A DNA stretch of 64,000 nt, from positions 14,962 to 78,961 of IMG/VR virus record IMGVR_UViG_3300047409_000468; one strand, written 5' to 3'. The notes under the pieces were generated by a model that saw only the letters and a program-made list of their open reading frames with translations, ran no database searches and was not told the origin of the DNA. Within the stretch, counting starts at the first letter, position 1, and each line of letters opens with the position of its first letter. Shown here in pieces: positions 37,530 to 46,206 of this stretch. Source of the stretch: a virus. A program made the translations under genes and the position numbers.

Positions 37530-39935
37530 ATGGCAACGAATCTTTACGCATTCCCGAACGGTAACCTCAGCGGGCTAGATGAAAACCCGCCGCTCGACAC
37601 GTTCCTCGCCGGCAAGACCGGCCCGGCGCTCATCCAGAACGCCAACCAGCAGGCGTTCGCCGGGCCGAACGGCACGCAGATCCGCTTCAACGGCGCTGGC
37701 TTCCAGTACGACCCTGCCGGCAACGGCATCGCCGGCACTCTGATCTCGGTGCAGATCGTCACGTTCGACGCTATCGGCAACCCGGTCACGCAGGAAATCA
37801 CCGTCGCGCCGTTCCCGGCGAACTCGTTCGCGCTGTTCTACGCGGCGTTGAACACCTCGCCGGCCGCCGCAGTGACGTTCCTGATGAACGGCAACGACAC
37901 CATCATCGGGTCGGCCACCAATGACCTGCTCGAGGGTCACAACGGAGCCGATAACATCAATGGTTTCGCTGGCAACGACCACATCATCGGCGGGCTCGGC
38001 ACCGACACCATCAATGGCGGGCTGGGCGTTGACGAATCGGACTACTCGGACAGCTACGGCCGCCCGGTCACCGAGGCCAACCATGGCATCATCGTCAGCG
38101 CCGCCACCAACACCGTGCTCAACTATGAGCCCGGCGTCCACGTCGAGACGGTCGTCAACGTCGAGAGCTACACCGGCACCCAGTTCACCGACACGTTCTT
38201 TGGCGACGGCGACAGCGAGACCTTCCGCGGCCTCGGTGGCAACGACATCATCAACGGCGGTACTGGCTCCGACACGGTCGCCTACGACCGCGACGCCAAG
38301 TTCGGCGGAACGGCCGGGGTGACGGTTAATCTCGCGACCGGCACGGCAACGGACGGCTTCGGTCAGACCGACACGCTGACCAGCATCGAGAACGCCATCG
38401 GCACGGCGGCCAACGACACCCTCATCGGCAACGGCGCGAGCAATGAACTGCGCGGCGGGGCTGGCGATGATTCGTTGACGGCGGGGACCGGCGGCTTCGA
38501 CCACATGTTCGGTGGCGACGGCAACGACACCTATCACGTCAGCAGCTTCTTCACGCAGATCGCTGACGAGATCGGGACCGGTGGCATCGACACCGTTGAA
38601 TCCGGTGACATTTCGATCGACCTGACCGACACGTTCCGCTATCGTGGCGACATCGAGAACATCACGCTTACCGGCGCGGCACCGCTGTTCGCCCGTGGTA
38701 ACGACCTTGACAACGTGATCGAAGGCAACCTTGCTGCCAACGTCCTAACCGGCAACGGCGGCGATGACACCATCAACGGCAATGGCGGCAACGACACGCT
38801 GAACGGCGACGGTGGCAACGACAAGCTGGACGGCGGGCTCGGCGACGACACGGTGAACGGCGGGCTCGGCAACGACCAACTGGTCGGCGGTGCCGGGGAC
38901 GACACGTTGCGCGGCGGCGAGGGCAACGACACCCTTGACGGCGGCATTGGCGGCAACCACCTCGACGGCGGGCTGGGCAACGACACCTATGTGCTCGGGG
39001 CCAAGGCCGACGGCGAGGACAGCATTGCCGACGCTGGTGGCAACGATACTGTCACCAGTTCTATCGACCGCAGTCTGGCGTTCTACACCGGGTTGATTGA
39101 GAACCTGACCCTTACCGGCGGCGCGCATGTCGGCACCGGCAACGGCGGCGACAACATCATCACCGGCAACGACCTCGGTGACACGCTGCTCGGGCTCGGC
39201 GGCAACGACACGCTGATCGGTGGGCTCGGCAACGACACCCTGCGTGGCGGTGACGGCGACGACACCCTGAACGCTGGTGCCGGCGACGACGTGCTCGACG
39301 GCGGCAATGGCAACGACAGCATGAACGGCGGACTGGGCAACGACACCTATCTGGTGCTCGGTGACGACGACATCATCGACACCGGTGGCGTCGACACGGC
39401 CCGCTCGGCAGGCTCGCTCAACCTGCTGAACTATACCGGCGTGGAGAACGGCGTGTTGACGGGTGGCGGCAACGCTTCCCTGATCGGTACGAACGGAGCC
39501 AACGTGTTGACCGGCAACAACGGCAACAACGTGATCTCCGGGCTGGCCGGTTCCGACCGCATCGATGGCGGCTTCGGCAACGACCACATCAACGGCGGTG
39601 CCGGGCATGACGTGCTGCGTGGCGGTGGCGGCGAGGACTTCTTCCGCTTCGCCAACGGTGGCAGCGCCAACAGCGACGTCATCACCGACTTCAGTCATAC
39701 CGCCGACACCATCGAACTGAGCCGCCGGGTGTTCTCGGCCCTTGGCCCGACGGTTACCGCCAACGAGCTCAGGCTCGGCACCCATGCGCTGGACGGCAAC
39801 GACCACCTGATCTACGACCGGGCGCACGGTCTGCTGTCGTATGACTCGAACGGCAACCACGCTGGCGGCTCGTTCGTAATCGCGACGCTGACCAACCATC
39901 CGGTGTTGACGGCCAACGACTTCGTCATGGTCTAA
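37530..39935 (+). CDS. RTX / hemolysin-type Ca-binding repeat protein, probable type I secretion substrate
   Basis: 801 aa, many GGxGxDxLx nonapeptides, no Sec signal, serralysin-like C-terminus (DVITDF...DTIEL...LIYD...G.L.YD.NG...LTANDF). Confidence 0.92.
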   Translation: MATNLYAFPNGNLSGLDENPPLDTFLAGKTGPALIQNANQQAFAGPNGTQIRFNGAGFQYDPAGNGIAGTLISVQIVTFDAIGNPVTQEITVAPFPANSFALFYAALNTSPAAAVTFLMNGNDTIIGSATNDLLEGHNGADNINGFAGNDHIIGGLGTDTINGGLGVDESDYSDSYGRPVTEANHGIIVSAATNTVLNYEPGVHVETVVNVESYTGTQFTDTFFGDGDSETFRGLGGNDIINGGTGSDTVAYDRDAKFGGTAGVTVNLATGTATDGFGQTDTLTSIENAIGTAANDTLIGNGASNELRGGAGDDSLTAGTGGFDHMFGGDGNDTYHVSSFFTQIADEIGTGGIDTVESGDISIDLTDTFRYRGDIENITLTGAAPLFARGNDLDNVIEGNLAANVLTGNGGDDTINGNGGNDTLNGDGGNDKLDGGLGDDTVNGGLGNDQLVGGAGDDTLRGGEGNDTLDGGIGGNHLDGGLGNDTYVLGAKADGEDSIADAGGNDTVTSSIDRSLAFYTGLIENLTLTGGAHVGTGNGGDNIITGNDLGDTLLGLGGNDTLIGGLGNDTLRGGDGDDTLNAGAGDDVLDGGNGNDSMNGGLGNDTYLVLGDDDIIDTGGVDTARSAGSLNLLNYTGVENGVLTGGGNASLIGTNGANVLTGNNGNNVISGLAGSDRIDGGFGNDHINGGAGHDVLRGGGGEDFFRFANGGSANSDVITDFSHTADTIELSRRVFSALGPTVTANELRLGTHALDGNDHLIYDRAHGLLSYDSNGNHAGGSFVIATLTNHPVLTANDFVMV

Positions 39936-39980
39936 AAGACTTGCCTGCCAACCCTTCGCCCATATAGACAGGCAAGGGAG

Positions 39981-40016
39981 TGGAGCGCCAAGCGATTGGC
40001 GCTCCATTTTCTTTTT
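39981..40016 (+). terminator. Rho-independent terminator after the RTX gene
   Basis: TGGAGCGCCAA-gcga-TTGGCGCTCCA followed by TTTTCTTTTT. Confidence 0.8.
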
Positions 40017-40050
40017 GCCGATTTGCCGGGGGGATAGTAAAACCACGGCT

Positions 40051-40530
40051 ATGAAACAGACACCACTACGTGCCATGCACCAAGAAGTTTGCGCGATGAG
40101 CCAGTGGCTCATGCGGCAACGCAACCATGTGCAGCCGTTCTGTGTCCTCGAGATCGGGGACACCTACGCGGCCCTCCCCATGCCATGGCAAACCCCAGAC
40201 GAAAAATACGCCTACATCCGGGCACTGCGTGACAAGCTGCGCGCCATGCACTTCGACTATTACACGATAGTTGTCGAGGCGTGGGTGGCCACGGTGAACA
40301 TGAAGGTCTCCCCGGAACTGGCCAACGTGCCGCCCAGCGAGCGCAGTGACCGCGAGGATGTGCTGCTCGTCATGTCCAGGCACCGTTCCGGGGAAACCTA
40401 CGACACGAAGTTCCGTGTGGAATACACGCGGGGCGGCAAAGTCAAGCTCGGCCCGGCTGAGCACCTGGAAGGTGACGCCACCGCTGGCTTGATGGCCAAC
40501 CTTTTTGAAGACGACCCCACTTACCACTAG
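40051..40530 (+). CDS. Hypothetical protein
   Basis: EAW....PSE..DR.DV motif; upstream TTGCCG-N17-TAAAAC. Confidence 0.7.
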   Translation: MKQTPLRAMHQEVCAMSQWLMRQRNHVQPFCVLEIGDTYAALPMPWQTPDEKYAYIRALRDKLRAMHFDYYTIVVEAWVATVNMKVSPELANVPPSERSDREDVLLVMSRHRSGETYDTKFRVEYTRGGKVKLGPAEHLEGDATAGLMANLFEDDPTYH

Positions 40531-40542
40531 AAAGGATAAGGA

Positions 40543-40770
40543 ATGGACTACCTAGCAGAACTGAAGCGCCTGCTACCGCTGAACAACCGCCAGCAAGATG
40601 GCGTAGATTCCACGAAGCGCAAGCTGGCCATTGAAGCGATTGCCGGGCCGGCGGATGGCCGGCAGACCGACCGGTTGGTGACCGTTGTAATCGCCATGTT
40701 GGAGGCCCGCAGCCCCAATACGACAAAAAGTAAGCTATGGCCGGTTGGCGCGGCGGAGGACCCCGACTAA
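40543..40770 (+). CDS. Hypothetical protein
   Basis: AAGGA RBS, 75 aa. Confidence 0.5.
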   Translation: MDYLAELKRLLPLNNRQQDGVDSTKRKLAIEAIAGPADGRQTDRLVTVVIAMLEARSPNTTKSKLWPVGAAEDPD

Positions 40771-40900
40771 AAAGGCTAGCCTGGAGCCGCCTGACCACCC
40801 TACAGTCGGGCGGCACCCCTACCCTAGTACCTACTGAGCCCCCCCACCCAAAACGCGCCAGCGGGCTCCGTATTTAATGAACTATTTATCACTTTAGGGC

Positions 40901-40929
40901 TTTACACAGCGAAAAAGATAGCCTAGATA
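40901..40929 (+). promoter_or_regulatory. Early promoter (probably leaderless transcript)
   Basis: TTTACA-N17-TAGATA with ATG 7 nt downstream. Confidence 0.72.
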
Positions 40930-40935
40930 GGGTCC

Positions 40936-41109
40936 ATGACAAACGCTCAAGCCATCGCCACCCTGAAGTCCGGCCAGACCGTTAAATTTGGCTGGGAGCA
41001 CAACAGCACCGAGATGAAGGCGATCTTTGCCCGCATCAAGGCCGAAGTGCCGACCGCCTGGATCACGCGCAGCCCGTCAACCAACAACTGGACCATTTAC
41101 CCGAAATGA
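40936..41109 (+). CDS. Small hypothetical protein (57 aa)
   Basis: Own translation MTNAQAIATLKSGQTVKFGWEH...; phage-like codon usage. Confidence 0.6.
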   Translation: MTNAQAIATLKSGQTVKFGWEHNSTEMKAIFARIKAEVPTAWITRSPSTNNWTIYPK

Positions 41110-41282
41110 CCATCACCGTCACTCTGCAAGTCAGCCGCGATGGCATACACTTCACACCGCGTGCTTTCCCGACCCCATATGCGCGATACGGTGCCGCCGA
41201 GGAGCGGGCCAAGCTGGATGCCTGGACACAAGGCTACGTGATCCTGCCTAATAGCGCCACCTACGAAAAGATTTTCGCTTAG
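41106..41282 (+). CDS. Small hypothetical protein (58 aa)
   Basis: ATGA-coupled; MTITVTLQVSRDGIHF... Confidence 0.5.
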   Translation: MTITVTLQVSRDGIHFTPRAFPTPYARYGAAEERAKLDAWTQGYVILPNSATYEKIFA

Positions 41283-41296
41283 GCTCCACTTTTCGC

Positions 41297-41325
41297 TTTA
41301 CACCAATCCATGATTGGGCTAGAAC
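41297..41325 (+). promoter_or_regulatory. Early promoter
   Basis: TTTACA-N17-TAGAAC. Confidence 0.7.
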
Positions 41326-41370
41326 TCATTCATGGATTGGGCAATCAGGCCCCTGCCTCTGGAGGTTTCC

Positions 41371-41499
41371 ATGTTCTTCGTCGCTCTCGCCTACGCCGCC
41401 GAAATCGCCCGCGTCGCCGTCGAGTATCCCGACTACCAGTTGCCCGCGCACAAGCGCATCGCCGCGTACAATTTGTACGCGCGTGGCCGCACCAACTAA
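41371..41499 (+). CDS. Small hypothetical protein (42 aa)
   Basis: GGAGG RBS; own promoter and terminator. Confidence 0.55.
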   Translation: MFFVALAYAAEIARVAVEYPDYQLPAHKRIAAYNLYARGRTN

Positions 41500-41524
41500 G
41501 CCGGCTAACTACCCGCGCCCACCC

Positions 41525-41556
41525 AAGCCGCCCCTAACCGGGCGGCTTTTTCATTT
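41525..41556 (+). terminator. Rho-independent terminator
   Basis: AAGCCGCCC-ctaacc-GGGCGGCTT followed by a T tract. Confidence 0.78.
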
Positions 41557-41562
41557 TTGTGC

Positions 41563-41590
41563 TTTACACCAAGTGATTTTCGTGTATGAT
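41563..41590 (+). promoter_or_regulatory. Early promoter
   Basis: TTTACA-N16-TATGAT. Confidence 0.6.
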
Positions 41591-41627
41591 AATGCGTATG
41601 GGGCATGCCGCCCCGGAGAACCACAGC

Positions 41628-41861
41628 ATGAAATTTGTACGTACAGCCGAACGGCTGCATATAAGTGCCGATACCTACGGTGTGCCGGCCAGCGGCTACT
41701 ACAACGTGGAAGGCCACGTTATCGCCGATATGTTTGGCCCATACCCCACCATTGTCGGGTACGTTATCCGCAGGGCAAACGGCACGCTAACCCGCGCCTA
41801 CCTGCACTACCACCCCGATAAAAGCTGGGGCCACAAGCCTAAGCTTACCGTAGTTTCCTAA
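41628..41861 (+). CDS. Hypothetical protein
   Basis: GGAGAACCACAGC leader before ATG. Confidence 0.6.
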   Translation: MKFVRTAERLHISADTYGVPASGYYNVEGHVIADMFGPYPTIVGYVIRRANGTLTRAYLHYHPDKSWGHKPKLTVVS

Positions 41862-41908
41862 ACCAACCAAGGGGGCCGCAAGGCCCCCAATTCCACGGAG
41901 AACCACAC

Positions 41909-42109
41909 ATGAAAACCGTATACCACGTAGAAACGCATGCCAACGGCTACCGCGCCTATAAGAAATTGGATTTCGATACCGAAGCCGAAGCCGTGGCCAA
42001 GCTTAATGTAGAAGCTGCGGCGGGCCGCTTTGGTGGCGTCTGGCGCGACCGGGACAATGGCACCCGGTTGCTGCACCACACCGACCCCACCATACAAACA
42101 CAATGGTGA
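41909..42109 (+). CDS. Hypothetical protein
   Basis: Near-identical GGAGAACCACAC leader. Confidence 0.6.
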   Translation: MKTVYHVETHANGYRAYKKLDFDTEAEAVAKLNVEAAAGRFGGVWRDRDNGTRLLHHTDPTIQTQW

Positions 42110-42112
42110 AAC

Positions 42113-42137
42113 AAAGGGGGCCGCAAGGCCCCCTTTT
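42113..42137. terminator. Bidirectional terminator between convergent modules
   Basis: AAA-GGGGGCC-gcaa-GGCCCCC-TTTT; the same hairpin occurs at about 41871-41888. Confidence 0.8.
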
Positions 42138-42574
42138 CATTTGCCCGTAATCGTTGCCCGGATCGCCCGCCAATCCCAATCAGCCGGCGCACCATACCAG
42201 CGGCCCAGCACCGGCACATTATCCAGCCCGTTCTCTGCCAGCGCCCGCGCATGGCTGCCCGCCACGGCCCACAGGGAGTCCCCCTGCTTCTTGGCGCTGC
42301 CGGCCCCGCCCGCCCGCACGAGGAACAGGCAATTCACACCAGCGGCTGTGTGGTGGCCTATCCAGGCCAGTTGGTGCGGGCGCACGGTGACCGCCCAGCC
42401 GTTGGTCGCCTTATGTTCAATCCAGCCACAGGTCTGCGTGGGCGTGTGCGCCCAGAAGCTGTCAGGCACCCCGGCATGGGTCGCACCGGTCTCTACCGGA
42501 GTCCATAGCCAGCCGTCTGTCTTGCGCAAGTAGGTCTGCACCACCCGGCGCAGGCCGCCGTCAGCGATCGTTAT
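42137..42574 (-). CDS. PD-(D/E)xK nuclease (VRR-NUC / Holliday junction resolvase-like)
   Basis: ET.....GVPD......GWIE.K......VRP.Q..W; start uncertain (ATA at 42574 or GTG at 42544/42547). Confidence 0.78.
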   Translation of the reverse strand: MTIADGGLRRVVQTYLRKTDGWLWTPVETGATHAGVPDSFWAHTPTQTCGWIEHKATNGWAVTVRPHQLAWIGHHTAAGVNCLFLVRAGGAGSAKKQGDSLWAVAGSHARALAENGLDNVPVLGRWYGAPADWDWRAIRATITGK

Positions 42575-42852
42575 GACCTTGCCTCCAACTCAGCGATGCG
42601 CGCCCTGAGCCAGTCTGTTTCTATGGCTGTTGCATTGATGAATGCCTGAAGCCTCGCGCTGTTGTCGTGTTCGATCTGCGCCTGCTCCTGCCAGATGGCA
42701 GCCTCCCGCTGCGCCTCGGCAAGCGCTGCAGCGGCGTCCTGGTAGCGGACCCATGGCCCGCTACTGTCGATGACGAAGTAAGGATCACCATCATTCAAAT
42801 CGTCTGGCTTGAAGCGCACCAATTCAGCCACCATCTCCTCTGGGATGCTCAT
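42571..42852 (-). CDS. Hypothetical protein
   Basis: Coupled ORF; G.WV.Y.D motif and coiled coil. Confidence 0.6.
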   Translation of the reverse strand: MSIPEEMVAELVRFKPDDLNDGDPYFVIDSSGPWVRYQDAAAALAEAQREAAIWQEQAQIEHDNSARLQAFINATAIETDWLRARIAELEARS

Positions 42853-43127
42853 GTCTGGCCTTCAAGGAGAGCGCGGGCGCGGATGCCGGAAGGCTCAACG
42901 ATGTGTGAGAACAGCCCGTCCACTTGCTCGCGGATGACCTCGACCCACTTCCCGTCGATTTCGACGCGGACGATAACGCTGTCGCCAATTCGCAGGAGGT
43001 GGATGCCGGTAACGGCTACCGGGTTGTTAAATGTTCGGCCCGAAGCTTTCCTCAACGCATTTTCGAGGCCTTGAAGTTCGCGCCACACTGTCGTCCTCAT
43101 GGCTGCCTTATTGGCTTCGCTCGACAT
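42849..43127 (-). CDS. Hypothetical protein
   Basis: AAGGAG RBS, coupled. Confidence 0.55.
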   Translation of the reverse strand: MSSEANKAAMRTTVWRELQGLENALRKASGRTFNNPVAVTGIHLLRIGDSVIVRVEIDGKWVEVIREQVDGLFSHIVEPSGIRARALLEGQT

Positions 43128-43172
43128 CCTCTACTCCTTTCCAGACCGTATGGCCGCAGCGATGCGACGTGG

Positions 43173-43484
43173 TCATCGTCCCTTCACCAGATTCTCAAAG
43201 GTCGCCTGTCCCTCTTCACTCTTTGCCCACGCCTCGCTCTCAGCCAGATCGGCGTCGAACTCACCGTTGTGGTGTCTCTCCAGGATGCGCGTCAGGGTTG
43301 ATATGGCCTGTTTGGTAAGGTCCCTCTTCAGCAGTGTCATCAGCGCAAGGTCCAGCGCCATGCTGGGGAGGTCGTGTTGGGAAAGAAAGTCGTGGAACTC
43401 GTCATGCTCGGCGCGCACGGCTAGCTCTTCAAAGCCTGCGGCTCGCAATGTATCGGCGAGTTTCTGGCTGGTTTTAGCGGTCAT
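43173..43484 (-). CDS. Hypothetical protein
   Basis: LA..L..AG......RA....HDF.S....P...L...G.FDA...ES.AW.KS.EG. Confidence 0.7.
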   Translation of the reverse strand: MTAKTSQKLADTLRAAGFEELAVRAEHDEFHDFLSQHDLPSMALDLALMTLLKRDLTKQAISTLTRILERHHNGEFDADLAESEAWAKSEEGQATFENLVKGR

Positions 43485-43487
43485 CTG

Positions 43488-43703
43488 TCAGTATCCTATC
43501 GGTTGCCTGCCGGGCTCGGTCAGGTTCTGTAATTTCCAATCACGCTTCTTGCAGTAATCGGAGACCCGATTGTACTGCCAGCCCAGCATGAAGTGTAACA
43601 TCGGGTTGGACCAGTTGACCATGCCGTCTACGCCGATACCCAATGCGACACCAGCACTGGGTATCGCCCCGACGATGCAGTAAAGGTGTTCGTATCGCCT
43701 CAT
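43488..43703 (-). CDS. Hypothetical protein
   Basis: Coupled ORF. Confidence 0.55.
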   Translation of the reverse strand: MRRYEHLYCIVGAIPSAGVALGIGVDGMVNWSNPMLHFMLGWQYNRVSDYCKKRDWKLQNLTEPGRQPIGY

Positions 43704-43942
43704 CGGATCCGTGCCTGTTCCAGCATCTCGACGAAGTTAGCCGCGACAAGATACTTGGCTCGCGCCTTGGCTTCGGGATCCCAGTAATTGGGGCCGGGGC
43801 TGGCGTGGTTGATACAAGCGTCGGCGACCGCCTGCTGCTTGGCGGTAAGCTCCCTCTGCCACGTAGCGTAGAGTCGGCTGACCGCCATGCGCTCCTCGTC
43901 AAGGTCAATCGTAACCAAATCGGTCATAATTCGCTGGCCCAC
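43700..43942 (-). CDS. Hypothetical protein
   Basis: Coupled ORF. Confidence 0.5.
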   Translation of the reverse strand: MGQRIMTDLVTIDLDEERMAVSRLYATWQRELTAKQQAVADACINHASPGPNYWDPEAKARAKYLVAANFVEMLEQARIR

Positions 43943-44667
43943 TTGTTCAGGTAATAGTCCACCGTGTAACGGAGATCAACGTCGTTCTGATACTGGTCGT
44001 TGGCCCGCACCATCCATTGCAGATACCCGATCGGCACCTCGGCCCATGGCTTGCCCTCGTGCTTGCCGAACCGACATATCGGTTGCAATATGGGCGTCGT
44101 ACTGAGCCGCAGGAGCTCCGTGGGGTCGGCCAGCGCCAGCATGCGCACCAGCACCGCCGCCGTGCAGGCGGCATCGTACAGCGCCCTGTGCGGGTCCAGG
44201 CCAGCTATCAAATCGGCAGGCGGCTCCACCCCGAGGTAATAGCGCAGCGTCTGGTTACTGAACTTGGGGCAATCCGGCCACAGGTGCTTGGCGCACTGAT
44301 AGGTGTCGATCGCCGCCAGCGATAGCTCCGGCAGGAACGCCATGTCGAACGGCGCGTTGTGCGCCGCGTACAGCATCTGGCCCGGTCGCTCCATTGCCTT
44401 CATAGTGCGGATCATCAACGCATGCGGCAGGCAGTCCGGAGCCCCCGGTAGACAGGACGCCGGGTTGATATGGTGCGTTCCCCGCGCTACCGGGGAGAAG
44501 GGCGCGTTGGTTTCCACGTACGACCACGAGCCGGTAAGGAAATCCCATACGTCGCCAGTGCGCCGGAGTTCCACCAGCCCGATTTCGCACACTTCCGCGC
44601 CGGCAGCGGGATCGAGGTCAGTGGTTTCGGTATCCAAAACTACAATCTTCGATATGTTATCGTTCAT
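43924..44667 (-). CDS. DEDDh 3'-5' exonuclease (ExoX-like)
   Basis: LDTETT, AHNAPFD, HRALYDA and C-term FGKH.G..W.EVP..YL.W. Confidence 0.9.
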   Translation of the reverse strand: MNDNISKIVVLDTETTDLDPAAGAEVCEIGLVELRRTGDVWDFLTGSWSYVETNAPFSPVARGTHHINPASCLPGAPDCLPHALMIRTMKAMERPGQMLYAAHNAPFDMAFLPELSLAAIDTYQCAKHLWPDCPKFSNQTLRYYLGVEPPADLIAGLDPHRALYDAACTAAVLVRMLALADPTELLRLSTTPILQPICRFGKHEGKPWAEVPIGYLQWMVRANDQYQNDVDLRYTVDYYLNKWASEL

Positions 44668-44839
44668 TAATTTGCTCAAGCTTTTCAAGGAGTTGCACTG
44701 CTCGTGTCAACCGCTGGCGATAGCTTACGCTCCTGCGCGGGCTGAAGCTATGCCGGAGGTACAGATCACTGATGATCTCACCCTGCACCCGTGCAATCAT
44801 GGTGTAGACCTCATTCAAAGTTTTTTCACTTGCCTCCAT
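44657..44839 (-). CDS. Hypothetical protein (60 aa)
   Basis: ORF overlapping the exonuclease start. Confidence 0.4.
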   Translation of the reverse strand: MEASEKTLNEVYTMIARVQGEIISDLYLRHSFSPRRSVSYRQRLTRAVQLLEKLEQINER

Positions 44840-44847
44840 TTTATCAC

Positions 44848-44876
44848 TTTACAGATAGCGAAAAGGATACTAGATT
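44848..44876 (+). promoter_or_regulatory. Early promoter
   Basis: TTTACA-N17-TAGATT. Confidence 0.72.
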
Positions 44877-44922
44877 CACGTCATCATCAACCGGGCCGAG
44901 GCCCACCTCTCAGGAGCATACC

Positions 44923-45396
44923 ATGTCTACCACTACCTACACCAACACGCAGCGCTCCAAGGCGAAGCACACCATTAAGAAGATTTTGGCCATGACCGAG
45001 GCCGCTGGCTGCACCCCGGCTCAGGCCGCTACCGCGCAGACAAGGGCGCAGGTGTGGATGGACAAGTACGGGTTCACCCCGGCCGACTTTGCCGCCAAGC
45101 CGGACGGCTTCACCATTTTCGCGGACGCGATGGCCAAGGCCGGCAACAAGCCGCAGCCCAAGGCCAAGCCGGCCAAGCCGGCGGCCAAGGGCGCGCGCCG
45201 TGGCCCGGCCCCGGAGTACGCGGACACGCAGGTCATCACCCTGCTCGTGGCGAACCCCAAGCGTCCCGGCAGCAAGGCGTTCGCTCGGTACGCCAACTAC
45301 AAGGACGGTATGACCGTGGCGCAGGCGCTCGCCGCCGGCCTCACCCGCGAGGATTTCCGCTGGGACGTGGAGAAGGGCCACATTGCAATCGCGTAA
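44923..45396 (+). CDS. DUF2786-like + NPK-domain protein
   Basis: AGGAG RBS; IKKILAMTEAAGCT..QA..A.......DKYG then ANPKRPGSKAFARYANYKDGMT...DFRWDVEKGHI. Confidence 0.8.
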   Translation: MSTTTYTNTQRSKAKHTIKKILAMTEAAGCTPAQAATAQTRAQVWMDKYGFTPADFAAKPDGFTIFADAMAKAGNKPQPKAKPAKPAAKGARRGPAPEYADTQVITLLVANPKRPGSKAFARYANYKDGMTVAQALAAGLTREDFRWDVEKGHIAIA

Positions 45397-45400
45397 GCCC

Positions 45401-45429
45401 TTTACAGCGCGATAGATATCTGCTAGAAG
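45401..45429 (+). promoter_or_regulatory. Early promoter
   Basis: TTTACA-N17-TAGAAG. Confidence 0.65.
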
Positions 45430-45460
45430 GCTCCTGTTCAACCAACAGGAGTCTTTTGGC

Positions 45461-45706
45461 ATGTCTATGTCTAACCAAATGGTCCATACCGCCCTCGGCA
45501 CCGTGGCGGCAATCATTAATGCCCGTCTAACTGCCGCTGGTATCTCGCTCGATTTCGATCGGGCCACGCCATGCGCCCATGGGGTCATGCTCATGGTTTC
45601 CATGCAACCGGGCGATCCTTCGCTCGATGTCATTGCCGGTGCCTATCCAGGCGGCAAATCTTACCCGGCACAGGGGTACGTCTTCTGGCGTTGCAAGCCG
45701 CTTTAG
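45461..45706 (+). CDS. Hypothetical protein
   Basis: AGGAG RBS, own promoter, followed by a terminator. Confidence 0.6.
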   Translation: MSMSNQMVHTALGTVAAIINARLTAAGISLDFDRATPCAHGVMLMVSMQPGDPSLDVIAGAYPGGKSYPAQGYVFWRCKPL

Positions 45707-45742
45707 CCAGTGCTAACCTAACCACGTTGGTTTAGCCCTATT

Positions 45743-45767
45743 GGCCGCCCTTCGGGGCGGCCTTTTT
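45743..45767 (+). terminator. Rho-independent terminator
   Basis: GGCCGCCC-ttcg-GGGCGGCC-TTTTT. Confidence 0.82.
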
Positions 45768-45796
45768 ATTTGGACCTTCCAGGGCGTGTGTGGGTT

Positions 45797-46009
45797 TCAA
45801 CATGTCCAGTGCACGTACCCGAGCCGCGCATTGATGATGCCGCCCTTCATGGCCACCGCCAGTTGGATCTGCTTCAGTTCCACTGCGTCCGCCGTGTAGG
45901 CTATCACCCCGGTGCGGCACACTTCGGCCTTGACCTGGATCCCTACTTCGGTAAGGCGCTTGTTGATTTTATTGGCCACAAGCCTGCGGCTGAACTCACT
46001 GGTACTCAT
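45797..46009 (-). CDS. Hypothetical protein
   Basis: AAGGA RBS, 70 aa. Confidence 0.5.
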   Translation of the reverse strand: MSTSEFSRRLVANKINKRLTEVGIQVKAEVCRTGVIAYTADAVELKQIQLAVAMKGGIINARLGYVHWTC

Positions 46010-46206
46010 GTCTTATCCTTAAATTATGGGCGACAGGAGAAAACTGGAATCTCCTGCCGCCCCCTGCGACTCCCATGCACTTCCCTAGCCATGTCTCTAG
46101 CCTTGACCCCTAACGTTAACTGCTACCGCAGTCCGGAGGCGAGGAGGCATCGACTTTCCGTTATTGGGCTGGCCGTTCGCCCTCAAATAAGCGCCTCCGA
46201 TGGATT

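Noticed and set aside
37575-40163. Long - strand ORFs (320 and 472 aa) opposite the RTX gene
   Set aside because: Antisense shadows of a high-GC3 repetitive gene; no RBS or recognisable motifs
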